Source of the DNA: Actinomycetota bacterium
Lineage (GTDB): Bacteria; Actinomycetota; UBA4738; CALAEC01
Direction of reading: 5' to 3'
Assembly (NCBI GenBank): GCA_050692555.1
Contig: JBOGVS010000010.1
Coordinates: forward strand, 5,691-69,690
Length of the DNA stretch: 64,000 bases
Below are positions 28,601 through 42,027 of the stretch, in pieces. The notes beneath the pieces were generated by a model. The model saw only the letters and a list, made by a program, of their open reading frames with translations. It was not told the origin of the DNA and did no database searches. A program made the position numbers and the translations under genes. The number at the start of each line of letters is the position of its first letter. Within the stretch, counting starts at the first letter, position 1.

Positions 28601-28845
28601 AGTACTCCGAAGAGGCACGAAGGGGCGACCCGGAAGGCCACTTCGGAGTACGCTTTCGTGGAGAGGTCCCCGGCGGGCCTCTCTCGTCTTTACCTGGGGC
28701 TTCCTCGGGCGGCCACTCGGCCGCGGGGAGACCCGAAACCTGGGGTTTCTTAGGTAGCACCTCTGTTACCCAAGGCGCCTATTTCATCCGGCCGGCCCGG
28801 GAAAGAGGCCACCCCCCTGAAGAAGCCCCCGTGCGGGCTTCGTTG
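28601..28845 (+). ncRNA. Candidate structured non-coding RNA of unknown class
   Basis: No credible ORF; upstream promoter; stems 28602-28612/28641-28651, 28661-28683 and 28691-28756; terminal hairpin 28822-28841. Strand is inferred from the promoter. Confidence 0.5.
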
Positions 28846-28877
28846 CGGAATCACAAGGCTGTGATTATGCTTCCCCC

Positions 28878-29120
28878 GTGCGGGAATGCGTGAAGCCCGG
28901 TTGCGGCCGGCCCGCGGAGGTCTCGGCGGGGGTTCGGTATGCAGAGCGGGTGGCCTGGCTGGGGGATCTGGTCCCCGAGCGCGACCCCAACCTGCTCGAT
29001 CTGTGCACCGAGCACGCCGACCGTCTGCGACCGCCTCGGGGATGGCGGGTGGTCGACGATCGGTCGCCGGCCTCGGATGTCAGCCTCGAGCCCGTTCAGG
29101 AGGTTGTGGCCGGGGGTTGA
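28878..29120 (+). CDS. DUF3499 family protein
   Basis: RECVKPGCGRPA and DLCTEHADRLRPPRGW; position before manB. Confidence 0.85.
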   Translation: MRECVKPGCGRPAEVSAGVRYAERVAWLGDLVPERDPNLLDLCTEHADRLRPPRGWRVVDDRSPASDVSLEPVQEVVAGG

Positions 29121-29157
29121 GCCCGGAGGCCAAACTTGGGTACGCTCGTTACCCAAG

Positions 29158-29475
29158 ATGCCTCTCGACCGGCAGCTGATTCGACAGGTTCGCGGTCTCG
29201 ACGAGCACGACCTGCGCCGGCTGGTGATCTTCACCCGCGGCCTGCTGGTCTCCCGGTACGGGGCCGAGATGCCCGAGCGGGAGCGTCGAAGCCGGGTCAC
29301 CTTTCGCCAGGAGCGGGTCAGGTGCGGCCGGACCGGATGCACCAAGTGTCCTCACGGGCCGTATTGGTATGCGTACTGGCGCGAAGGGGGACGGCTCAGG
29401 TCCCGGTACATCGGCAAGGAGCTCCCCGAGGTCAGCGGACCGAGGCGTCGGCCGTCTGGCGGACGGGCGGAATAG
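29158..29475 (+). CDS. Small basic protein with DUF6788-like Cys/His motif
   Basis: VRCGRTGCTKCPHGPYWYAYWREGGRLRSRYIGK. Confidence 0.7.
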   Translation: MPLDRQLIRQVRGLDEHDLRRLVIFTRGLLVSRYGAEMPERERRSRVTFRQERVRCGRTGCTKCPHGPYWYAYWREGGRLRSRYIGKELPEVSGPRRRPSGGRAE

Positions 29476-29551
29476 TCATGTTTGACCATCCGAAAATGGC
29501 TCGCCCGGGCTATGCAGCCCCGGACCCTTGCGAGCCGACCACTAGAGTGAC

Positions 29552-29737
29552 ATGAACAGCACGCGCGGAAGGCACTCGGCCCGGTGCGAGCGATGTGACA
29601 CCGACCTGATCACCATCTCCATGCGGGATGGGGAGATCCGGTTCTCGTCCTGTGTCTCGTGCGAGATCACCGTGTGGGAGCGGGGCGGTTCAGTGGTCCC
29701 CCGCGCCGCGGTGATCGCGGACATCCCACGGCGCTGA
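29552..29737 (+). CDS. Small zinc-ribbon-like hypothetical protein
   Basis: Two CxxC pairs (CERC, CVSC); followed by a hairpin. Confidence 0.6.
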   Translation: MNSTRGRHSARCERCDTDLITISMRDGEIRFSSCVSCEITVWERGGSVVPRAAVIADIPRR

Positions 29738-29740
29738 CCG

Positions 29741-29761
29741 GACCCCCCGATCGAGGGGGGC
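29741..29761 (+). terminator. Terminator-like hairpin
   Basis: GACCCCC / GGGGGTC stem with a 7-nt loop, right after the stop at 29737. Confidence 0.55.
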
Positions 29762-29787
29762 CCGGAGAGGCGGGATAGAATCCTCCG

Positions 29788-31146
29788 GTGGGCGACCTGG
29801 CGTCCATCTTCAAGGCCTACGACGTCCGCGGCACCTACCCAGATCAGCTCGACGAAGACGTTGCGCGCCGCATCGGCGCTGCGTTCGCCGAGTTCACGGG
29901 AGCGGCGCGGGTCACTTTGGGGCGTGACGCCCGGCTGTCGTCACCCCCCCTGTCCGCGGCGTTCATCGAGGGCGTCACTTCCCGGGGGACCGACGTCGTC
30001 GACATCGGCCTGGCCACCACCGACATGCTGTATCTGGCCTCCGGTCGTCTCGAGGTCCCCGGTGTGATGTTCACCGCCAGCCACAACCCTCCGAACTGGA
30101 ACGGCATGAAGCTGTGCCGCGAGGGGGCGGCACCGGTGGGAGAGGACTCCGGGCTGATGGAGGTCCGGGACCTGGCGGCTCGAGACCGGGGCCCGCCCAA
30201 GAAGGGCCCGGGCACCGTGACGTCGCGGAGCATGCTGGGGGAGTACGTCGAGCACGTCCTGTCGTTCGTCCAGGTGGACCGGCTGGCCCCCCTCACCGTG
30301 GTGGCCGACGCGGCGAACGGGATGGCCGGCCTGGTCCTGCCGCCCATCTTCGAGCGGCTCCCGATGAAGCTGGTGGGCCTGTATCTGGAGCTCGACGGAA
30401 CGTTCCCCAATCATCCGGCGGACCCGATCCAGCCGGAGAACCAGGAAGACGTCCGCAAGGCGGTGACGGAGCACGGGGCCGACGTGGGTCTGGCCTTCGA
30501 CGGCGATGCGGATCGCGTGTTCCTGGTGGATGAGCGCGCGGAGGGAGTGTCCGGCTCCTTGGTCACCGCGCTGGTCGCCGAAGCCATGCTGGAGCGGGAG
30601 CCTGGGGCAAAGATCGTCCACAACCTGATCTGCTCCTGGGTGGTCCCCGAAGTGATCCGGGAGCACGGGGGGGTGCCGGTGCGGACCCGGGTCGGCCATT
30701 CTCTGATCAAGAAGGTCATGGCGGAGACGGGCGCGGTGTTCGGCGGCGAGCATTCCGGTCACTACTACTTCCGCGACCACTACCGGGCGGACTCGGGGCT
30801 GATCGCCGCGCTGGTGGTCCTGGAACGGCTTTCCGAGGCCGGTTTGCCGCTCTCAGAGCTGCTGGCCCCGTACCGGCGATACCACGACTCGGGAGAGATC
30901 AACTCGGAGGTTGCGGATCAGGAGGCGGCTATTGAGGCCGTGGCCCGGGCATTCGCCGACGGCCAAGAGGACCGGCTCGACGGGCTCACTGTGGAGTACG
31001 ACGACTGGTGGTTCAATGTTCGCGCGTCCAACACCGAGCCGCTGCTCCGCCTCAACGTGGAAGCACGGACCCCGGAGCTGTTGGAAGAGAAGACCCGTGA
31101 GGTCCTCAAGGTGATCCGAGAATCGAGCCGACCGAGGAGGGTGTGA
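29788..31146 (+). CDS. manB: Phosphomannomutase/phosphoglucomutase
   Basis: IFKAYDVRG, TASHNP, FDGDADR, GGEHSGHYYF, RASNTEPLLRLNVE. Confidence 0.96.
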   Translation: MGDLASIFKAYDVRGTYPDQLDEDVARRIGAAFAEFTGAARVTLGRDARLSSPPLSAAFIEGVTSRGTDVVDIGLATTDMLYLASGRLEVPGVMFTASHNPPNWNGMKLCREGAAPVGEDSGLMEVRDLAARDRGPPKKGPGTVTSRSMLGEYVEHVLSFVQVDRLAPLTVVADAANGMAGLVLPPIFERLPMKLVGLYLELDGTFPNHPADPIQPENQEDVRKAVTEHGADVGLAFDGDADRVFLVDERAEGVSGSLVTALVAEAMLEREPGAKIVHNLICSWVVPEVIREHGGVPVRTRVGHSLIKKVMAETGAVFGGEHSGHYYFRDHYRADSGLIAALVVLERLSEAGLPLSELLAPYRRYHDSGEINSEVADQEAAIEAVARAFADGQEDRLDGLTVEYDDWWFNVRASNTEPLLRLNVEARTPELLEEKTREVLKVIRESSRPRRV

Positions 31147-31322
31147 TGGCCGTCGACAAGGAGCTCCTGGACATCCTGGCCTGTCCCAACTGTCGCGGTG
31201 ACGTGGAGTACCGCGAGGAGGAGGGCTTCATCGAGTGCGTCGGGCGGTGCCGGTACAAGTATCCGGTCCGCGACGACATCCCGGTGATGCTCATCGACGA
31301 AGCGGTCAAGCCGAACTCCTGA
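31146..31322 (+). CDS. Trm112 family protein (58 aa; absent from ORF track)
   Basis: MAVDKELLDILACPNCRGDV...YPVRDDIPVMLIDEA; TGATG overlap with manB. Confidence 0.92.
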   Translation: MAVDKELLDILACPNCRGDVEYREEEGFIECVGRCRYKYPVRDDIPVMLIDEAVKPNS

Positions 31323-32386
31323 ATGCCTGTGTTGCTGGACGATCCGGCCGGGCTGCGGGCCGGCGACCCCTCCGGGATCCTTGCCGCGTTCGGGTCGGCC
31401 GGCGAGCGGCTCCAGGCCTCGTACGAGGCGGCCAGAGGTGCCGGTGTCCCGTTCGGTCCGGACATCCGATCCCTGACGTTCTGCGCGATGGGGGGGTCGG
31501 CGGCGGTCGGTGACGTCGTGGCGGGGGCCTTCGCCGACCGGGCTCCGGTCCCCCTGGTGACGCTCCGGGGCTACCGGGTCCCGGCGGCGTACGGGACCGA
31601 CGACCTGGCCATGTGTGTCTCGTACTCCGGCAACACCGAGGAGACCGTGGCCGCGTTCGCCGAGGCCCGAGGCCGAGGATGCCGGACCGTGGTGGTATGC
31701 GGAGGAGGGACGCTGGCGGAACGGGCCCGCGAGGCGGGGACCCCAGTGGTGATGATTCCTGCGGACGCGCCGGTCCCTCGGGCCGCACTGAGCACCATGG
31801 TCGGCGGGGTGCTGGGGGCCCTGGTCGGCACCGGGGTCCTGTCGGGGATCGAACCGGACGTCGCCTCCGCCGGGAAGACCCTGGATGGGCTGACTCACGA
31901 TATCGGTCCCGACGTGGCGGTCGCTGACAACGAGGCCAAGCAGATCGCCGACTGGGTTGGGGATCGCATCCCCGTGATCTGGGGATCGGAGGGTGTCAGC
32001 GCGGTGGCGGCGTGGCGGTGGAAGACGGCGTTCAACGAAAACGCCGAGGTGCCCGCGTTCGCCTCAGCGCTCCCCGAGCTCGACCACCACGAGGTGGTGG
32101 GGTGGACCGGCGATCGAGGGAAGGGGTTCTGCCTCCTGATCCTTCGCGAGGCCGGGGAGCACGAGCGGGTCCAGGCCCGGCTGGACGCCACCCTCGAGGA
32201 GATCGGTGGGTCGGGGCTCGAATGGCGAGAGGTGCGGGCCCGGGGCGAGGGTCCCCTCGACCGTGCCCTGTCGCTCTCGCTCTTCGGCGACTTCGCCAGC
32301 GCCTATCACGCGCTCTCCCGAGGGATCGACCCCGCGTCCATGGACGCCATCATCAGGGTGAAGGAGCGGCTGGAGGGAGACGGCGG

Positions 32387-32390
<4 letters not shown>
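31323..32390 (+). CDS. Bifunctional phosphoglucose/phosphomannose isomerase (SIS domain)
   Basis: AMGGSA, SYSGNTEET, RWKTAFNENA, PELDHHEVVGW. Confidence 0.9.
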
Positions 32391-34472
<2,082 letters not shown>

Positions 34473-34475
34473 CGC

Positions 34476-35162
34476 GTGGCCGAGCAGGTCACGGTGGACG
34501 TGGTGTTCGAGCGGTTCCCCGCGTCGGTTCGAGGAGCGGTGGTCATCCGAGGCGCCGATCCCGAGCCCCATCAGATCCGGCTCACAGAGGCCGCGGTGGT
34601 GGAGGCCCACGCGCCCGGCCGCTCCGTCAGCCCGGTCTCCGTGGACGCGGTGACCGTCGACATGGCCCCGCACGGAGAGGTCCTGGTCCCCTTCGACGTC
34701 TCGTTCACCACGCTCGAACCGGGCTGGTACACCGTGGTCGCAGAGGTGGCAGTGGACGGTGCGGCCCGGGCCCGGGGCCCTGAGGCCGGGAAGCGCTTCG
34801 TGGTCCCGTGGCCGGAGGGGGAGGTCCGTCGGGGAGAGGTCAAGGCCGGTGTGGACATCAAGGTCCCCGGCGGAGCAGCAGCCACCATCGATCGCATCGA
34901 GTGCCGAACGGACCGCGCCGTGGTCAGGTGGCGCCACGCGCCGGGGGAGCCGGCCGAGTTCGGAGACCTGCGGGTGCTGAGCGGGACCCGGCGCCTACCC
35001 GTGCTGGAGTCGTCCCACGATCCCGGTACCGGGTCCCGGACCACCGTGGTGCACCCGGTCCTCCGCAGGTATCGGAGGCTGGTGTTCGAGGTTGACCGCC
35101 GGAGCCCGTCGGGGCGCTCCTCGCAACGCGGCCGGGGGTCCGCGTCCCTGGACCTGCCCTGA
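34476..35162 (+). CDS. Hypothetical protein (probable beta-sandwich domains)
   Basis: 228-aa ORF tightly packed between ahcY and comF with plausible codon usage; no motif recognised. Confidence 0.65.
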   Translation: MAEQVTVDVVFERFPASVRGAVVIRGADPEPHQIRLTEAAVVEAHAPGRSVSPVSVDAVTVDMAPHGEVLVPFDVSFTTLEPGWYTVVAEVAVDGAARARGPEAGKRFVVPWPEGEVRRGEVKAGVDIKVPGGAAATIDRIECRTDRAVVRWRHAPGEPAEFGDLRVLSGTRRLPVLESSHDPGTGSRTTVVHPVLRRYRRLVFEVDRRSPSGRSSQRGRGSASLDLP

Positions 35163-35201
35163 CCGCGGGAGTGTCGGTACCCCCGGCTACCCTTCGCCCG
35201 G

Positions 35202-35915
35202 ATGTCCGCCCTCCTGGATTCCCTGTTCCCTCCGAGGTGTGCGGCGTGCGGTGGCTCCGGCTGGCCGCTCTGCCTGGGCTGTGCCCGCCGGGTGGGCGTG
35301 ATCACCCCCCCGTGGTGCCGGCGGTGCGGCCGGCCCACCGAAGAACCGGTGGCCCGGTGCGCGGACTGCCCGCCCGGAGCGGTGAACTCGGTCCGTGCCC
35401 CGTTCCTGTACCGGGGACCGGTGGCTCGCGCGGTCAAGGGGATGAAGTTCTCCGGATGGCACGCCCTCGGTCCCCTCTTCGCCGGTGCCATCGCGGCCAT
35501 GTCCGGCCACGCCGGTGACGTGGTGACCTGGGTGCCGTTGTCGCGGCGGCGGATGGCTCGCCGGGGCTTTGACCAGGCGGAGGTCCTGGCCCGGGCCGTG
35601 GCTCCGCTTCTGGGACTCCCGATCCGGGGCCTGCTGAACCGGGCACGCGACGTTCCCGCTCAGGCCCGGCGTAGCGGCCGGGACCGGCGAACCGCCCTGG
35701 CGGGGGCGTTCACCCCGGCCGGGTCGTCCCCCAGGAGGGTCCTGTTGGTGGACGACGTGGTCACCACCGGTTCCACCGCCGCGGCGTGCGCCGCGGTCCT
35801 GCGAGCCGCCGGGGCCCGATGGGTGGGGGTGCTGGCGGTGGCCCGTTCGGTGGGGGGACCGGTTCCCGCTCGGTGCTTCGGGCCTGGAGCGGCGGACCGG
35901 GGGCGAGTACCATAG
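35202..35915 (+). CDS. comF: ComF family protein (zinc ribbon plus phosphoribosyltransferase)
   Basis: FPPRCAAC, LCLGC, CRRCG, CADC; RGFDQAE and LLVDDVVTTGST. Confidence 0.92.
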   Translation: MSALLDSLFPPRCAACGGSGWPLCLGCARRVGVITPPWCRRCGRPTEEPVARCADCPPGAVNSVRAPFLYRGPVARAVKGMKFSGWHALGPLFAGAIAAMSGHAGDVVTWVPLSRRRMARRGFDQAEVLARAVAPLLGLPIRGLLNRARDVPAQARRSGRDRRTALAGAFTPAGSSPRRVLLVDDVVTTGSTAAACAAVLRAAGARWVGVLAVARSVGGPVPARCFGPGAADRGRVP

Positions 35916-35921
35916 GTGCGG

Positions 35922-36150
35922 GCTCGCGCCTGGGTCTGTGGTTGCCCGGAGGGACGTCCTCCGGTAGTCGACGCCAGCCGCAGGCGAAACGACCCACGTA
36001 AGGCGACCATTGGTTGCTGAGCATGGTGCGGCTTAGATGTAAGCCCTGCCTCGGCCATCGGCCGGGAGAAGGTGCTAAGCCGTCGTCCTCGACGGCGAAC
36101 CCCTCAGCAGGCGGGTGTGGGGGCAAAGACCAGGTCAGCCGGACGCGAGC
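35922..36150 (+). ncRNA. raiA motif RNA
   Basis: Between comF and hpf/raiA; terminal stem GCTCGCG/CGCGAGC; contains segments I recall as conserved in raiA RNAs (GTGGTTG, AGTCGAcGCCAG, GCAGGCgAAACGAcCCACGTAAG, GAGCATGGTGCGGCTTAGAtGTAAG, AGCAGGCGgGTGTGGGG, CAAAGACCAGGTCA); TACCAT -10 at 35908-35913. Confidence 0.9.
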
Positions 36151-36219
36151 TTCGAGAGGACCGGGCACCGCCCGGTCCTCTCTTTCTTCTTCCGGGTAGT
36201 CCGACAGAAAGGGCCGCGG

Positions 36220-36618
36220 ATGGATCTGGTGATGAAGGCCAGGGGAGAGCGGGTGGTGGGCCGGACCAGGGCGCGGGCGGAGCGCAAACTCTCCCGACTC
36301 CTGCGGCTGGACGCCGGGATCGACTACGTGGAGATCGAGGTGATTCGGGAGAAGCGTGCCCGGATCGGGGGCGGCCACCGAGTGGAGGCCTCGTGCCGTG
36401 CCGGCCGCCGGACCTACCGGGCCTCGGCATCCGGGCGGGACGTGGATGGGGCGCTCGATCGGCTGATCGAGCGCTTGGAGCGGCAGATCACCGACGGCCG
36501 GGGCCGGCGGAGGGCCCGCCTGCTGTCGGGCGCCGGCAGGGTAAAATCACGCGGAATGTCCGCATTTGAGGGCCGCACGAGCCCCAGCCCGCCCACCGAA
36601 CCAGAGCCCCCTCGGTGA
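36220..36618 (+). CDS. hpf: Ribosome hibernation factor HPF/RaiA, short form
   Basis: MDLVMKARG..ERKLSRL..VEASC..ASASGRDVDGALDRLIERLERQI fits the S30AE N-domain; GAAAGG RBS; comF-hpf-secA synteny. Confidence 0.82.
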   Translation: MDLVMKARGERVVGRTRARAERKLSRLLRLDAGIDYVEIEVIREKRARIGGGHRVEASCRAGRRTYRASASGRDVDGALDRLIERLERQITDGRGRRRARLLSGAGRVKSRGMSAFEGRTSPSPPTEPEPPR

Positions 36619-37301
36619 GCCCCAAGAAGGACCCTGAGCCGGAGAAGCTCAAGGTCCTGATCGCCGACGACCATGCCCTGTTCCGTCACGGGCTGGTGAT
36701 GACTCTGGGCCAGGAGCCGGACCTCGAGGTCGTCGGCGAAGCCACCGACGGACAGCACGCCGTGGACCGGGCGGTCGAGCTGATGCCCGACATCGTGCTC
36801 ATGGACGTGCGGATGCCGAAGCGGTCGGGGATCGAGGCCACCCAGAAGATCAAGGAGCTGCTCCCTCACGTGAAGATCCTGGTCCTCACGAACAGCGACG
36901 AGGAGGCCGACCTGTACGAGTCGATCAAGGCCGGGGCCTCCGGCTACCTGCTGAAGGAGATCGCCCCGGAAGAGATGCCCGAGGCCATCCGGTCCGTGTG
37001 GCAGGGCCACTCCCGGATCTCCCCGGCCATGGCCTCCAAGCTCCTGTCGGAGTTCGCCGCCATGACCAGGCGGGAGGGGGACCGCCAGCCGCTGGGGCCG
37101 CCGCGCCTCACCGAGCGAGAGCTCGAGGTCCTCCGGCTGGTGGCCAAGGGCCTGGGGAACCGGGAGATCGCCAAGGACCTGTACATCTCCGAGAACACGG
37201 TGAAGAACCACATCCGCAACATCCTGGAGAAGCTCCAGCTCCACTCCCGGATGGAGGCGGTGATCTACGCGGTCCGAGAGAAGCTCCTGGACATCAAGTA
37301 G
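36615..37301 (+). CDS. NarL/LuxR family response regulator
   Basis: IADDH, LMDVRMP, GASGYLLK, LTERELEVL, ISENTVKNHIRNILEKL. Confidence 0.95.
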   Translation: MSPKKDPEPEKLKVLIADDHALFRHGLVMTLGQEPDLEVVGEATDGQHAVDRAVELMPDIVLMDVRMPKRSGIEATQKIKELLPHVKILVLTNSDEEADLYESIKAGASGYLLKEIAPEEMPEAIRSVWQGHSRISPAMASKLLSEFAAMTRREGDRQPLGPPRLTERELEVLRLVAKGLGNREIAKDLYISENTVKNHIRNILEKLQLHSRMEAVIYAVREKLLDIK

Positions 37302-37364
37302 GGCCGAGATAACCGGGGACCGCCTGTACAATCGGAGGTCGGAACCTCCCCGGAAGGAACACGT

Positions 37365-40046
<2,682 letters not shown>

Positions 40047-40052
40047 CCGCCG

Positions 40053-41172
40053 ATGACCGAGTACACCGATCGCGTGAAGGAGCTTGCCGGACGGCTGGCG
40101 AGCGCGAAGGAGTACCTTTGACCTCGATCGGAAGCGGAGAGAGGCCGAAGACCTCGAGAAGCGGGTCTCGGAGCCCGGGGTCTGGGACGATCCCACTCGG
40201 GGCCAGGAGCTGACCAAGGCCCTCTCCGCGGCCCGCGCCGAACTCGAACGCCACGACCAGCTCGCCGAGCAGCTCGAGGAGGCAGAAGTCCTCGACCAGC
40301 TGCTCGAGGAGTCGGCCGACGCCGACATGGAGGAGGAGCTGCGGGCGTCGCTCGCTCGTCTGGAGTCGGATGTCGCCAAGCTGGAGCTCGCCTCACTCCT
40401 GTCCGGCGAGTACGACCAGAACGACGCGGTGGCCAGCCTGCACGCCGGCGCCGGAGGAACAGAGTCCCAGGACTGGGCGGAGATGCTGCTCCGGATGTAC
40501 CTCCGGTGGGCGGAGCAGGAGGGTTTTCAGGTAGAGCTCGACGAGGTGAACCCCGGCGACGAGGCGGGGATCAAGAGTTCGACGTTCATCGTCCAGGGCC
40601 GGAACGCCTACGGGCTGCTGTCGACGGAGCGGGGCGTGCACCGCCTGGTCCGGATCTCTCCGTTCGACGCCTCCAGCCGCCGGCACACCTCGTTCGCCAG
40701 CCTCGATGTGATCCCTCTCCTGCCCGACGAGGTGGAAGTCGAAATCGACCCCAAGGACCTCCGGATCGAGACCTACCGATCCACGGGCGCCGGCGGCCAG
40801 CACGTCAACGTCACCGACTCCGCGGTGCGGATCACCCACGTTCCCACGGGGATCACCGCGGCGTGCCAGAACGAGCGGAGCCAAATGCAGAATCGGGCCG
40901 TGGCCATGCGGATCCTCAAGGCCCGGCTGGCCGACCTGGCCCGCAGGAAGCGGGAGGAGAAGATCGAGAGCCTCCGGGGGGAGCGGCGGGACATCGAGTT
41001 CGGATCACAGATCCGTTCCTACGTTCTCCATCCCTACCAACTGGTCAAGGACCACCGGACGGGAGTGGAGATCGGGAACGTCGAGCGGGTGCTGGACGGA
41101 GACTTGGAGGGACTAATCGAGGCCGCGCTTCGGGCCAGGGCCTCCGCCGACGGCTCTCGGGAGGATGGATAG
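40053..41172 (+). CDS. prfB: Peptide chain release factor 2 with programmed +1 frameshift
   Basis: MTEYTDRVKELAGRLASAKEYL then CTT-TGA-C at 40116-40122, preceded by internal SD AAGGAG; +1 frame carries the SPF and GAGGQHVN motifs. Confidence 0.96.
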
Positions 41173-41181
41173 GGTAGGAGC

Positions 41182-42027
41182 GTGGACCTCCGGACCGACA
41201 CCGACCGCGCGGCCCTGGTCGACCGGCTGTCCGAGGTGGCCCGCGATCTCCGGATCACCGATATCCGAATGATCACGGAGGCGGGATCCGGGCACCCGGG
41301 CGGCACCCTGTCGGCGGCGGAGATGGTCGCCGGGCTGTTCTTCCACAAGCTTCGGCTCCGGCCGGAGGAGCCCGATTGGCCGGACCGGGACCGGTTCATC
41401 CTGTCCAAGGGACATTGCATCCCCATCGTGTACGCCGCCATGGCCAAGCTGGGCTTCTTCCCCGAACAGGAGCTCAAGACGCTCCGCAAGCTGGGGTCGC
41501 CGCTCCAGGGGCATCCCGACCGGACCCGACTGCCGGGGATCGAGGCCTCCACCGGCTCCCTCGGCCAGGGCCTTTCGATCGCGGTGGGGATGGCCCTGGC
41601 CGGAAAGATCGATGGCGCCTCGTGGCGGGTGTACTGCATGCTCGGGGACGGCGAGATCCAGGCCGGGCAGGTGTGGGAGGCGGCGATGTTCGCGCCTCGC
41701 CGCGGCCTCGACAACCTGTGCGCGATCCTCGATCAGAACCAGGTCCAGCAGACCGGGAAGGTTGCCGAGCGACTGGACATCGAGCCCGCGGTGGCCAAGT
41801 TGCGGAGCTTCAACTGGCACGTCCGGGAGATCGACGGCCACGACATGGGGGAGGTCCTGGAGGCCCTCGACGAGGCCGAGGTGGTGCACGACCGGCCCAC
41901 GTTCATCGTCTCCCACACCGTGAAGGGCAAGGGCGTTTCGTGGATGGAGCTCGACCCCGCGTGGCACGGGAAGGCTCCCAAGCCCGAGGAAGCCGAGCGG
42001 GCCATCGAGGAGATACAGGGGGGCTAA
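41182..42027 (+). CDS. Transketolase, N-terminal (TPP-binding) subunit
   Basis: GSGHPGG, DRFILSKGH, STGSLGQG, GDGEIQAG, HTVKGKG. Confidence 0.93.
   Translation: MDLRTDTDRAALVDRLSEVARDLRITDIRMITEAGSGHPGGTLSAAEMVAGLFFHKLRLRPEEPDWPDRDRFILSKGHCIPIVYAAMAKLGFFPEQELKTLRKLGSPLQGHPDRTRLPGIEASTGSLGQGLSIAVGMALAGKIDGASWRVYCMLGDGEIQAGQVWEAAMFAPRRGLDNLCAILDQNQVQQTGKVAERLDIEPAVAKLRSFNWHVREIDGHDMGEVLEALDEAEVVHDRPTFIVSHTVKGKGVSWMELDPAWHGKAPKPEEAERAIEEIQGG

Noticed and set aside
28566-28757. 63-aa plus-strand ORF and 201-aa minus-strand ORF (28155-28760) over the RNA candidate
   Set aside because: No RBS, atypical codon usage and no motifs; the plus ORF starts inside the -35 box and the minus ORF overlaps the L,D-transpeptidase gene.
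28601-28845. Assignment of the RNA candidate as a c-di-GMP-I riboswitch, SRP RNA or 6C RNA
   Set aside because: Only fragments resemble them (GGTAGC..GTTACC, CCGGAAGG, one C6 run); the GGCAAACC/GAAA architecture, the SRP helix-8 context and paired C-rich loops are missing.
40119-40121. In-frame TGA in prfB as selenocysteine
   Set aside because: Homology continues in the +1 frame, and the CTT-TGA-C with upstream SD is the standard RF2 frameshift.
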